This document shows positions 1-9,621 of a stretch of 64,000 bases of DNA, one piece after another. The notes beneath the pieces were generated by a model. It was given only the letters and a program-made list of their open reading frames with translations, had not been told where the DNA came from and did not search any database. The stretch spans positions 192,001 to 256,000 of the forward strand of contig CAWBBV010000012.1 in assembly GCA_963787125.1 (NCBI GenBank), in the 5' to 3' direction. The translations under genes were made by a program, and so were the position numbers. Within the stretch, counting starts at the first letter, position 1; each line of letters opens with the position of its first letter. This stretch comes from an uncultured delta proteobacterium (GTDB lineage: Bacteria; Desulfobacterota; Desulfuromonadia; Geobacterales; DSM-12255).

Positions 1-2
1 GC

Positions 3-374
3 TCACTTGCACTTTACAACCAAGCTGGCAAGATAGATTTTGTCTTTGTCGTAAATAGTCAGTGACCTTGTATCTGTACAGGTTTTACCGTTCAGATTAT
101 AAGCCAGATCAGTGCTTACATAGGTATCTTTTGACATCTGACACGCTAAAGTCCTCCGTTCAAAAACGTCATCCTTTATGTTATCAAGGGTAATCTTTGA
201 TACTTTACATAAGAACCTATCCACATAAAACTGCAGGTCTTTATCCCCGGCCACGGAGAGTTGTTGAAACCTCCCATCCACCCCACTCCAACCAACCGAC
301 CACTCAGCTCCTGATGCACATGTTGCCGATAAACTCATAACCATTGTCATGCAGAGCATGTTCAGTCTCTTCAT
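3..374 (-). CDS. hypothetical secreted protein
   Basis: 123 aa ORF with signal-peptide-like N-terminus, AAGGAG RBS upstream, several Cys; family not recognised. Confidence 0.65.
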   Translation of the reverse strand: MKRLNMLCMTMVMSLSATCASGAEWSVGWSGVDGRFQQLSVAGDKDLQFYVDRFLCKVSKITLDNIKDDVFERRTLACQMSKDTYVSTDLAYNLNGKTCTDTRSLTIYDKDKIYLASLVVKCK

Positions 375-1196
375 GTAAGCTCTCCTTCGGATCAGCAGCG
401 ATTGTCCAGGAGCCTGTCGAATACTCCACCTGTGCTCATATTAATAGAATAATCAGTCAGTATCTTTTTTTGGTATGGTCCATAAAAAATAGCTATTCGA
501 GTTAAATACCGTGGGTTAGCCTTTGTATCAGTCAGTGCTGGTTTTATTGACATTATATGCCTCCACGTTCCCGATTAGAAATTGAGCTTCAACTAAATAC
601 GAGTAAAAATAATCATATTACCACTACATCAGCTCTAATCTCATTAAAGCATACAACATGCCAGATTTCGGCCATGCTTATAGATATGTGCTAATCAGCA
701 CTCGACATCCTATCCCTTGAGCCCTCTACTCCTATATTGCCAACATGATGTTTGATTTAGGTGATGGGGGGGGTCTGCTTCGGCATTAACTGACTTTCTG
801 ATAATTACCCTCTCAGGATTCCTGATTATATATAAAATGAAAACGTTCTAGAGTAAGGTAACTTGTAATGATCAGTTACAAATTAAGCATGCTGTGGCTC
901 TCAAATTAGGCACTCAGGCTGTCATTTTACTATATGCATACATAGACTTACCTTTATGTAGTGAGCATCTTCAATAGGCTAACTGAGCTATATTGCAATC
1001 TTCGTTTTTACTGGAATTTCTGCACAGAAAAAGCTCTGGACAGCGCCTTGAGCCAGCGCCAGTCTCCAAAATTTTAGTTTTTACAATATTTTCAGCGAGT
1101 TACGGCGAATCTTACCTAGTTATAGAGAAGTGGTGACTCCTACTAATATACTAAGTAATACTGAATATTATTTGTGTATTATATAGCAACATAGAA

Positions 1197-1215
1197 GAAG
1201 AGCTCTAAGCTCTTC
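1197..1215. terminator. hairpin downstream of polymerase-like gene
   Basis: GAAGAGCT-cta-AGCTCTTC, 8-bp stem about 15 nt past the stop at 1231. Confidence 0.35.
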
Positions 1216-1230
1216 ATCATATCTGAGTTA

Positions 1231-2626
1231 TTATTTAATTGAAATTATATTAGTGAAATCATCTGATTGCTCTATTAATTCTAATTTAATGGTAGGTTTA
1301 TATTTTAATTTATATTTAATTCTATTTGCATGATTACATATATTAGAACATACGTTATCTCGTTGCTCTTGTTTAATTTTAATTATACTATTGATTGTTT
1401 CAGGAATTTTACTTTTAAATTTATTATGTAGTTCAATATTCAATTTGCTAAATAAATTATGTTTTATTGATTTATATGTTTCTATAAATATATTATATTT
1501 ACTTTTATTCAAATTTATTTTAATTGCATCTATTGCATGTGGATTTATTGAAATATATTTAATATTGAATTTAATTAATTCATTAATTGTTTTAGTATAG
1601 AAGTGCCACATTTTATCTTTTACATATTCACCATCTTGAATTATACAAATAACTGAATCATGTACAGTTAATATTGGTTTGTTATTTTTAGTGAAATGAT
1701 CTATTAATTTTTCTACAATACAAGAATCATAGTACTGAAGTTTAGTTCCGTAATCGTTAGCTATTTCACCTGCAATGGGTCTATGTTTTAGCTTAAGCAA
1801 TTTAAGTTTATCGTATATTGGTTGATGATTATTGAGTTTATACTTACTCAGTAGGCCATCTTTCCTTAATTCATCGAATACAGCAGAAGCTGTTTTCTCT
1901 TCACTCTCAGCGTTAAATGCAGTTAGCAATATCAGCTTATTGAGATCCCTGTCCGGTACTCCATCATCCAGAGAATAGGCATCCTCGTTGAGATCAGCAT
2001 AATTGATACCCTTCAGGGCATAAAGTAAGTGTACGTGTATTCCAGAGTAGTCTAATTCTATGGTTGGCTTACGGTTAATCGTAATATATTTTCGTACAAT
2101 TCCAGGCGCACCAATCCACCACGCTCCATAGTATCTGCCGCCGTTATTCAGTACTCCGTTGTTAAATACTCTGTAAACTCCTTTATCTGCAAGCCGTAAT
2201 ATATATCTCTTGCCTTTCTTCATATCAGTCAATCTTTCCACTAATGCATCACGATCCTTAGTGGTCATGCACTCGACATCGACATCAATATTTGTTCTTT
2301 CTAGTAAACTGTTGTATCGCTCAATTACTTTAATCATTCTCCTAGTAGTAGGGTTATCGGGACACTTCATAGGCGGCTTGATGATCTTGGTTTTAATCTT
2401 GCCCTTGTAAAGATACGGCTCAGACTCCACCTTTGGCCCCTTAAGCTTAATGAGATCTTCAGATTTAAACTTGGATATCATCTCTGGTGTAATCTTGTAT
2501 TCATCCCATAGGTCAGCAAGGGCCTTTTTTGCCCTCATTCGACTAACATAAGTGAAGTGCTCCCCAAGTTCCTGATTGTAGAAATAACCTCCTATGTGAT
2601 CCTCAACAAAATTCAAACTCTGTAAA
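1231..2626 (-). pseudogene. PolA/T7-RNAP-superfamily polymerase-like protein, N-terminally truncated by IS1380
   Basis: Motifs NNGGRYYG, ELDYSGIH (motif A), RDLNKLILLTAFNA (motif B-like), TVHDSV (motif C). Frame stays open upstream of TTG 2616 into the IS end at 2627. Very AT-rich. Confidence 0.65.
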
Positions 2627-2850
2627 CCCGAATCCGCAAATCTCTGCCGGACACATTCAGGCAGCGTGAGTTCGGGGGTATTTTTTCAGTGAGCTCCCTT
2701 TGATGGGAGTCGAAAACACATATTTTCTCTAAAATTCAAAAAGTGACGCGCTATTTGCCTCTTCAGACGATGTTTTTTGCCGGACTGAAGACGAACTGCC
2801 CCCTTGTTCTTGCTTTTTTGTTCTTTGACAATCTCGTTTTCAGCTTTTCT

Positions 2851-4218
2851 TTAGCAGGTTACCGGCTGAAGCCTGCCGATTCTTGCCTGAATCCTGTCAG
2901 GGCGAAGTTTCTCCAGCCACCAGCCGTTGACTTTCAGCAGGCTCTTGCGGGCATGATTGACCACGATTGCCGCACTACGCAGCAGATAATCCTGAATGGT
3001 CTTGATCCGCCGCCGTACCGGTGTTAAGTGACTGTCCATCTCTCCGTCACCAGCTTCATCCCGCCACTGCTGACCCAGCAGGATAAGCAGGTTGTAGGCC
3101 ATGGTCCCCAAGGTAAGGAATACTTCGTTGACACTGAAGGTCTGGGAGGGGAGTCGCTCCAGATCCAGGTCGTGCTTGAGTTCCTTGTTCGCTTCTTCTG
3201 CAGCTCCACGCCCCCGATAGAGTTCGAATGCCCGCTGCGGGGTGACTTCTTTGGGTAGATTGGTGGCCAGTATGTGGTAGCGGACGTCATTGAGCAGCAG
3301 TGGCTGTCCTTTCTCGTCTACGGACTTGATCTGAACACAGAAGACGAAACGGCGGGGAGTTTTCCAGCCGCTTGGGGTGTACTCGAATTCTCCGTAAAAC
3401 TCGCCGCCGAAGTCAGTGACTTTGAGGCTCATAACATCGACATCGAGATTCTCGTTTACCACTCGATCCAATGCGCCGCTGGCTCGGGCCTTGACCAGAT
3501 AGTATGCTTTAGCATCTTCGCTGGCTTGAACAGTTTTGATGCTGTAAAGCCCGGCATCGTAGCGAAACAGGAGCTTGTTCCGATCTATTTTCTCGGGGAG
3601 CAGCTCTGCCGTTTCCCTGATGAATTCGTCAATCCGTTCAACAGCTTTCTCTCTGCCTGGCAACAGCCAGTGATTGATGCAGAACCGTTCGCGCCCGAGA
3701 ACTGCAAATACAGGGGTGTAGCAAAGTTTACCGTTGTAAGTGGTTTGAACCCCTTCCCGTTTGGGAGCAAATTGCTCGAAGATACTCGGGTCAATGTCGC
3801 AGGGAATATAGCCTTCAGCCCCCGGTTCAGCTGTGATGCTTGCTTGGGAAACAATCTTTGCGCCGACCCGCTTGAGACCGGTTATTTCCTCTTTGCCATA
3901 TTTCTCCAGATGCATGGCAACAGCTCGCTCTTTGGGGAGTTTGCCAAAGCCGAGCGATTTCTTGAGCAGTTTCTCTTCCCGTGCCAGCCAGGCAAGATCA
4001 GTGTAGCTGGTCCGGCGTAAGGAAATGTTTAGTAACAGCGGGATTAGATGTTCCTCTTCCCGGAAGCCGTAGTCGATCTTCTTGACCCGCACTTCGTTTC
4101 TGATGGCTCGAATCAGATCGAGACGGCGTATGAGGGTGGTGAGCAGCTCCAATCCTGCTACGGAAGTTAGCGTCTGTCGGGCTGCTACATACTGAAAACC
4201 GAGATTGTCTTTCACCAT
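2851..4218 (-). CDS. IS1380-family DDE transposase
   Basis: CDIDPS, FRYDAGLY and YRGRGAAEEANKELKHDL motifs; ATG 4218 with AAGGAG RBS. Confidence 0.9.
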   Translation of the reverse strand: MVKDNLGFQYVAARQTLTSVAGLELLTTLIRRLDLIRAIRNEVRVKKIDYGFREEEHLIPLLLNISLRRTSYTDLAWLAREEKLLKKSLGFGKLPKERAVAMHLEKYGKEEITGLKRVGAKIVSQASITAEPGAEGYIPCDIDPSIFEQFAPKREGVQTTYNGKLCYTPVFAVLGRERFCINHWLLPGREKAVERIDEFIRETAELLPEKIDRNKLLFRYDAGLYSIKTVQASEDAKAYYLVKARASGALDRVVNENLDVDVMSLKVTDFGGEFYGEFEYTPSGWKTPRRFVFCVQIKSVDEKGQPLLLNDVRYHILATNLPKEVTPQRAFELYRGRGAAEEANKELKHDLDLERLPSQTFSVNEVFLTLGTMAYNLLILLGQQWRDEAGDGEMDSHLTPVRRRIKTIQDYLLRSAAIVVNHARKSLLKVNGWWLEKLRPDRIQARIGRLQPVTC

Positions 4219-4228
4219 TCGGGTGAGC

Positions 4229-4282
4229 TCCTTCACTACAATTATGTGAAGGATTATAGCATGTTACACTATATTAACCCAA
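4229..4282 (-). promoter_or_regulatory. transposase promoter and RBS-sequestering hairpin
   Basis: Minus strand TTGGGT-18nt-TATAAT with extended TG; TCCTTCAC/GTGAAGGA inverted repeat at 4229-4253 overlaps the RBS. Confidence 0.55.
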
Positions 4283-5058
4283 TAGTTTTGCGGATTGGGG
4301 ATAAAAGATACCTTCCCCTGCTCCGGTTTGCCTGAATCTCCGGAGGGGAGAGCTTCAGCCAGAAGAGCACCCTTTGACATGGCGTTTCTTGCTTTGGCAA
4401 GTTCAGGTTCAGGAATATTGAACGAAACTGCTATGGGTGTCAGCTGGTTGATCGTCACCAGGGAAAGGGTGTCGTTCGCCTTGACCACATTGCCGGCAGT
4501 TATCAACAGGTTGCCGGTACGGCCTGTTATCGGTGAGCGGATAGTGCAGTAGGAGAGCTGAACCTTCAGAGAATCAATATTGGCCTGCTGCGATGCCAGA
4601 TCGGCCTCAAGAGACTCAGCTGAAGTCCGGTAGACATCATACTGCTCGGCTGTAACGATACCGTCTTTAACCAGCTTTCCATATCTCTCTGTATTTGTCC
4701 TGGCATTTGCAAGCTGCGCCTTGATCCTGGCAAGATCCGCCTCACCTTTTTTAATGGCGGCTTCGGAAGGGCGTGAATCAATAGTAAAAAGAACTTCACC
4801 TTTGACTACATCCTGGCCCTCTTTAAAGTGAACTTTCTTGATTTCACCGTTGACCATTGACTTGATGCTTACCTGGGCAAGGGCTTCCACATTGCCGATG
4901 GCCTCCAGATATACCGGTACCGTTTTTATCACTGCCGTAGCAATTACTACCGGCGCCGGCGGCCTCCCTTTTGGCTTTTCCGATCCTTTTCCTTTGCCAC
5001 ATGAAACCGTAGCCAGAATTATAGCAACTAGAACCAGACTTCTTCCCCTAAACTTCAC
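4264..5058 (-). pseudogene. RND efflux periplasmic adaptor (MFP), C-terminally truncated by IS1380
   Basis: Lipobox, GEIKKVHFKEGQDVVKGEVLFTID, TIRSPITGRTG. Breaks at GKVSFI, then reads about 12 codons of IS sequence. Confidence 0.88.
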
Positions 5059-6548
5059 TATTTCACCTCTTTGTAAAGCGCGTCAGATCCTGCCGAATCA
5101 ATTTTGATACCTTCACGTTCGAGCAGTTCACCAGTGGATTTCCAGTACTGATTGACCGAAGTTGCATAAAGGACTTCAGCCTTGATCTGATTCGCCCGGG
5201 CAGTGGCAAGATCATTTTCCACATCAAGAAGATCCTTGGTAGTTGCCAGGCCGACTTCACTCTTCTTCAAATAGGCCTTTACCCGCTCATCAGCATAAAG
5301 CCTGGCTCTGTCAGCCACATCAAGCTGCTTGTAGCTGGAGTTAACGGCTCGAATAGCGATTTTTACCTCATTCTCAATGGAGGATTTAAGACTGTTTATC
5401 TGCACTGTTGTCTGATCAACCTTCAAGCGACTTTTTACATAATCACTCTCAGCTGCCTGATTCCCCAGCGGATAATCGAGCTGGATTCCGACACTCCAGT
5501 AAGGATAATCAAGCGAGCCGAGACGCTCATTATTGCGCCCGTAATCCTTGTCAATACCGGTGAGGCCGACTGTTGAAACAAGATTGAGTGACGGCTTGGT
5601 CATGTTTTTTGCGACTGCCGCCTGGAGTTCGTACCCTTTCAGCTGACTCCTGAGTTCATCTATTTCGGGCCTGACTGAAAGTGCACTCTTCAAAGCATCC
5701 TCTTCATTCATGGTAATTGTTGCCCGGTCAGGTTTGTCTGTGGTTTCTATCTCACTGAATTTATCCAGGCGGATAAGCTGGGAAAGTATATCAACCTGAT
5801 CATTGACCAGCTTTTCGGCATCGATTAGCTCCTTTTGCCGGGAAGAAACACCAAACTGGGCGTTTAGTATCTCCATAGCCGGGAGAACACCCGCCTTTAC
5901 CCTCGCTTCTGTGTCGGAAAGAACTTTTTGGGCAAGTTCAAGGGAAGTTTTTCTCGAATCAAGGTCCTCACGGTAGCTGACAAGTCGGAAATACTCGGTC
6001 CGAACCTGGGCAACAGTTGTCAGAATCCGGCTTTTAAGATGAATCAGGGAGGTCTCCTTGGAAACTTCTGAAACCTTAATTCCAAGCTCGGTTGATTCTC
6101 TGCCGAAATTTTTCAGTAACGGCTGGCTCAGGGTAAGCCCGAGGGTGGAGTTCCAGAAAGAACCGAGAGCCGGAGCCGCTACCGTACTGTTGGTCTCCTT
6201 GGCATTCTGGTAGTTAACAGCAAGAGTTCCGCCTGACGGCAACAGTTGGAAGGCTCCTGGAGTAATCCTGAAAGTGCTTTGATCATAGCTTTTGCCTAAA
6301 CCGGGAGAATAGAGTCTTGAATCCTTGTAGGAAGAGTCGAGCGTTAAATGGAGTTCGTAAATGGCGCGATTTTTTCTGACATCGGCCTCCGCCTGGGCAG
6401 GATTGTAGAGCTCTGCCTTCAAATCAAGGTTACGTTCAAGGGAGAGTTTGACCGCCTCTTTCAAGGAGAGTTTCAGCGGGACATTCTCTGCCGAAACAGT
6501 AGTGATGAAGAGCAGGTTTAACAGTAGCGGTACAGTATACTTTTTCAC
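5058..6548 (-). CDS. TolC-family outer membrane efflux protein
   Basis: LSLKEAVKLSLERNLDL, LTLSQPLLKNFG, GLATTKDLLDVENDL; likely GTG start at 6548. Confidence 0.92.
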   Translation of the reverse strand: MKKYTVPLLLNLLFITTVSAENVPLKLSLKEAVKLSLERNLDLKAELYNPAQAEADVRKNRAIYELHLTLDSSYKDSRLYSPGLGKSYDQSTFRITPGAFQLLPSGGTLAVNYQNAKETNSTVAAPALGSFWNSTLGLTLSQPLLKNFGRESTELGIKVSEVSKETSLIHLKSRILTTVAQVRTEYFRLVSYREDLDSRKTSLELAQKVLSDTEARVKAGVLPAMEILNAQFGVSSRQKELIDAEKLVNDQVDILSQLIRLDKFSEIETTDKPDRATITMNEEDALKSALSVRPEIDELRSQLKGYELQAAVAKNMTKPSLNLVSTVGLTGIDKDYGRNNERLGSLDYPYWSVGIQLDYPLGNQAAESDYVKSRLKVDQTTVQINSLKSSIENEVKIAIRAVNSSYKQLDVADRARLYADERVKAYLKKSEVGLATTKDLLDVENDLATARANQIKAEVLYATSVNQYWKSTGELLEREGIKIDSAGSDALYKEVK

Positions 6549-6595
6549 GTGGGAACCTCCAGCGGTGGTACAGGGCAAATTTAGTCAGTCTGCTG

Positions 6596-6624
6596 ATTAT
6601 CTTGAGAAAAGGGGGTGGTGTCAA
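6596..6624 (-). promoter_or_regulatory. sigma70 promoter of tolC-MFP
   Basis: TTGACA-17nt-GATAAT on minus strand. Confidence 0.6.
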
Positions 6625-6869
6625 GCGATTATAAAGTTTTCAAGGAAGTTGTTCTCTATACTGTAGAAGCTTTACAGGGGTACTTAATAACTGTGACCGG
6701 GTACGGACGGTCCTCTGGCAAAAAACACAATGTTCAAAAGTAATTCTCTCTTTTGACCTTTCTAAAAACTGTAACTGGATAGCCGCTAAGGCTGGTTTAC
6801 GGCATGGATTCGGGGGTTGTTATTGGCTTTCACTTGCTTTCGCAGGTTTTTGGAGTTTGATAACGTCTT

Positions 6870-8771
6870 TCACCTCTTCCCTATTTCACTCAGAAGTTGT
6901 GCCAGTAAAACCCGTTCTTCCTTTGTCAACAATCTGTCCTTATAGAGTGCCTCGCTATAGATATCGACAAAGCGCCTGACCGCCGCATTATCAATAGACT
7001 TCACCGCTTCATGCAGACCTGATGAAGGACGGATATCGACCCCGTAGTTAATCAGAACAATCTGCTTGAACCTTTTTAACAGCCGCTCTTCAGCTGTCAC
7101 GCGTCTACTGGTTACAAGGAGAAAGCTTCCGTAGAGAAGCAGTAACCAGATGGCTGTCAGCACGATTTTACGAGTCGGGACTTTTGCCGCACGTAGCTCT
7201 TTGATCTCTGCACCTGCCCGACTGGCAGCGTTAAACTGACTTTCGAAGTCGTACGTGATAACCAATCTGTTCCAATAGTAGGAAAGCGAGTCAAAGAAGA
7301 GCCGCAGTCGCAGTTCATTTGCTGAGTGTTTTTTGGAAAAACCCTCTTCGAAATTCACGGCATAACGACTCGGATCAACATTCGTCCAGCCGCTTTTTCC
7401 CAACCAGACCTCAACCCAGACGTGAGCCCTCTCTTCGGTAACAATGTAGTAACCAGCCATCTCGTTGTAGTCGCCGCCATAATAGCCCCCCACAAGCCGT
7501 GAAGGGATCCCTCCCAGCCTGAGAGCTGTGGCAAAGGCTATGGCAAACAGTTCACAGTGACCTTTTTTGCCATCAAAAAGAAATTTATCGACGGCATCAG
7601 CTCCTGTCGGCAGACCGCTGGCGGCATAGGAAAGTTTCAGAGCTGCAAAAACTCTTTCTAGTGCTTCATATTTTTCCTGATCATTTTGAATCCCTGTAAT
7701 TGCCCGTGAAACAAGACTCTTCAGGCGCTGAGGCGGGTACTCTGGAGGAGTGGAGTAGAAATTAGTGTTCAGCTTGCCAACGGTGGCAAGATTGGCTCCC
7801 GCTCTTGAAATAACTTGATAGCTCCGTCTGCCCCCTGTCAAACCTGACGCCGTGAAAATCCGGTCATTCTGAGCCGCGCCGCGAAAGCCAATGAGTTTTT
7901 CAGGCAGATTCAATGTCGGCAGATATTGGAGCCTTCCCGGCTCAAGGAAGAAATTTTGCGTAACCTCGTCCCCTTGGCGGCTGATATTTTTTTCCGGCGG
8001 CGGTGTCTGCCGGATCCAGCTTTCATCCTTGATTGTATTTAGAACAATGGCGCGCCAGTAGAGATTGTTTAGTGGTTGTTTAGGCATTTCTGCCCTGAAG
8101 ACGATTCCGCTACCGCTGCTGATACTGCTTTTCTCACCTGCTTTAACGGTTTCACTGATGCCGCTTTTCTCTGCACCGGCTCTTGACAGGCCGTGCCAGA
8201 GAGGTAGCTGGGTGCGTGGAAGGATAAAAAAGAGGATGAAGATCATAGGTGTAGCTAAGAGCGGCAGCAGTAAAGCCACTGTTAGTATGGAACGAAGCTC
8301 TTTTTTATCTGGAGTGAAACCGGAGGCGTTGCTCTCGAAGGTAAGCAGCACCATTGAGACGGTAAATGTAAGCAACAACAGAACCAGAAAAAGGATAAAA
8401 CCGGGGCTCAGGTTGTACAGTGTTGAAGCGGCAAGACAGAAAAGTGACAGTGTCAGCGTCTGGAGGAAGTTTCTTGTAGATTTCTCAGATGCTACCCGGA
8501 TTGCCAGAAAAATGACGAGCATGTTTACGGCCGGTTCGACCAGGTTGTAACGACTGAATTGCATAAAATAGATGAGAAAACAGCCGATTGAAGCAACCAG
8601 TGCTGCCCTCCCCTTCAGCTCTAAACCACGGCGGTCTGCCACAACTGCATAAAGAACAGCAGCTGGCAGAGCAGCTCTTGGAAACGGCTGTAAATAGGGG
8701 GCCAGCGGCAGATAACCGAGTGTAGTGGCAAAATAGAGGAGAATGTTGAGAATATTTTTAAGACGCAGCAT
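6870..8771 (-). CDS. DUF3488/transglutaminase domain membrane protein (TgpA-like)
   Basis: N-terminal TM helices; KGHCELFA, AHVWVEV and VDPS supply the Cys-His-Asp triad. Confidence 0.9.
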   Translation of the reverse strand: MLRLKNILNILLYFATTLGYLPLAPYLQPFPRAALPAAVLYAVVADRRGLELKGRAALVASIGCFLIYFMQFSRYNLVEPAVNMLVIFLAIRVASEKSTRNFLQTLTLSLFCLAASTLYNLSPGFILFLVLLLLTFTVSMVLLTFESNASGFTPDKKELRSILTVALLLPLLATPMIFILFFILPRTQLPLWHGLSRAGAEKSGISETVKAGEKSSISSGSGIVFRAEMPKQPLNNLYWRAIVLNTIKDESWIRQTPPPEKNISRQGDEVTQNFFLEPGRLQYLPTLNLPEKLIGFRGAAQNDRIFTASGLTGGRRSYQVISRAGANLATVGKLNTNFYSTPPEYPPQRLKSLVSRAITGIQNDQEKYEALERVFAALKLSYAASGLPTGADAVDKFLFDGKKGHCELFAIAFATALRLGGIPSRLVGGYYGGDYNEMAGYYIVTEERAHVWVEVWLGKSGWTNVDPSRYAVNFEEGFSKKHSANELRLRLFFDSLSYYWNRLVITYDFESQFNAASRAGAEIKELRAAKVPTRKIVLTAIWLLLLYGSFLLVTSRRVTAEERLLKRFKQIVLINYGVDIRPSSGLHEAVKSIDNAAVRRFVDIYSEALYKDRLLTKEERVLLAQLLSEIGKR

Positions 8772-9621
8772 AATTAGCCAACTCACCCAGCATTCTCAAA
8801 CGATGACCACGTGAAATACCCGGCAAGATCGCTGCTTCGCCAAGTTTTATACCAACAGCTGCCCCTTCGGCCATTAGACTGTTTATCAAAAAAGCGGCGT
8901 GCCCAAGGCGCTCTTCAATGTTCCCGGGTAGCAGGTCAAACTCGATGATAACCGGCTTGCCGCTTTCACTTGTCATCTCCTTAACCAGAAGATCATCATG
9001 TCTGGCCGAGAGCTTCCAGTGAATCTGTTTCAGCGGCTCGGCACCTGTATACAAGCCGATAGAGACTGTTTCGCCGCCGCTCCCTTTCTGCAGTTGAGCG
9101 AGACTGCCTGTCTGCTTGAAGTCCTCACCCTGCCAGCCACCTGGGAGAGGAAAAGGTTGTGGAAAGACAAGATAGTCTGCCGAAAGAGTGAGGAGATTGC
9201 TGCGTACAAAAAAATTCACTGGAAACGGTGAGGTAACAGTTGCCTTGGCAATTAAGCCACGCCCGCGTGACTTGAAGGTGACAAGAATTTTACGTTCGTG
9301 GTTTTCTGCTGGTTTGAGAATGTGAAACGCTGCAGATGTTCCCTGGAGATGGAGTTTTAGGAGGAAGTGTGGGAGAAGTGTTCTTTTTGAACTCAGCTGC
9401 AGTATCAGCTGTGACGGGATACCACAGTAGATTTCATCCGGAAATTTGAGAGAGAGTTCCAGTTTTTGGAGGTTACGTAAACCAAAAATGCCGCTTACAG
9501 CCATAAACCCGAGCATGGAGGCGACAACAAGGAACAGGAGGTTATTACCGGTATTGACGGCAGCCAGTCCGAGTAAAATAGTGAGGAGAATATAAAGAGT
9601 TCCGGCAGTATTGATCTTTAT
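8758..9621 (-). CDS. DUF58 domain protein
   Basis: QIHWKLSAR motif; conserved AAVNTGNNLLF segment lies in frame upstream of ATG 9516; start uncertain. Confidence 0.85.
   Translation of the reverse strand: MKINTAGTLYILLTILLGLAAVNTGNNLLFLVVASMLGFMAVSGIFGLRNLQKLELSLKFPDEIYCGIPSQLILQLSSKRTLLPHFLLKLHLQGTSAAFHILKPAENHERKILVTFKSRGRGLIAKATVTSPFPVNFFVRSNLLTLSADYLVFPQPFPLPGGWQGEDFKQTGSLAQLQKGSGGETVSIGLYTGAEPLKQIHWKLSARHDDLLVKEMTSESGKPVIIEFDLLPGNIEERLGHAAFLINSLMAEGAAVGIKLGEAAILPGISRGHRLRMLGELANYAAS

Larger units (their letters stand above)
2627..4300 (-). mobile_element. IS1380-family insertion sequence (1674 bp)
   Basis: 14-bp terminal IRs CCCGAATCCGCAAA (2627-2640) and TTTGCGGATTGGGG (4287-4300), 1 mismatch. 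Single DDE transposase. Flanks gtaaa/ataaa are not identical. Confidence 0.9.

Noticed and set aside
2743..4020. Plus-strand ORFs within the IS (94, 76, 248 aa)
   Set aside because: Shadow frames antisense to the transposase
2622..4305. Perfect target-site duplication for IS1380
   Set aside because: gtaaa and ataaa differ and belong to different genes
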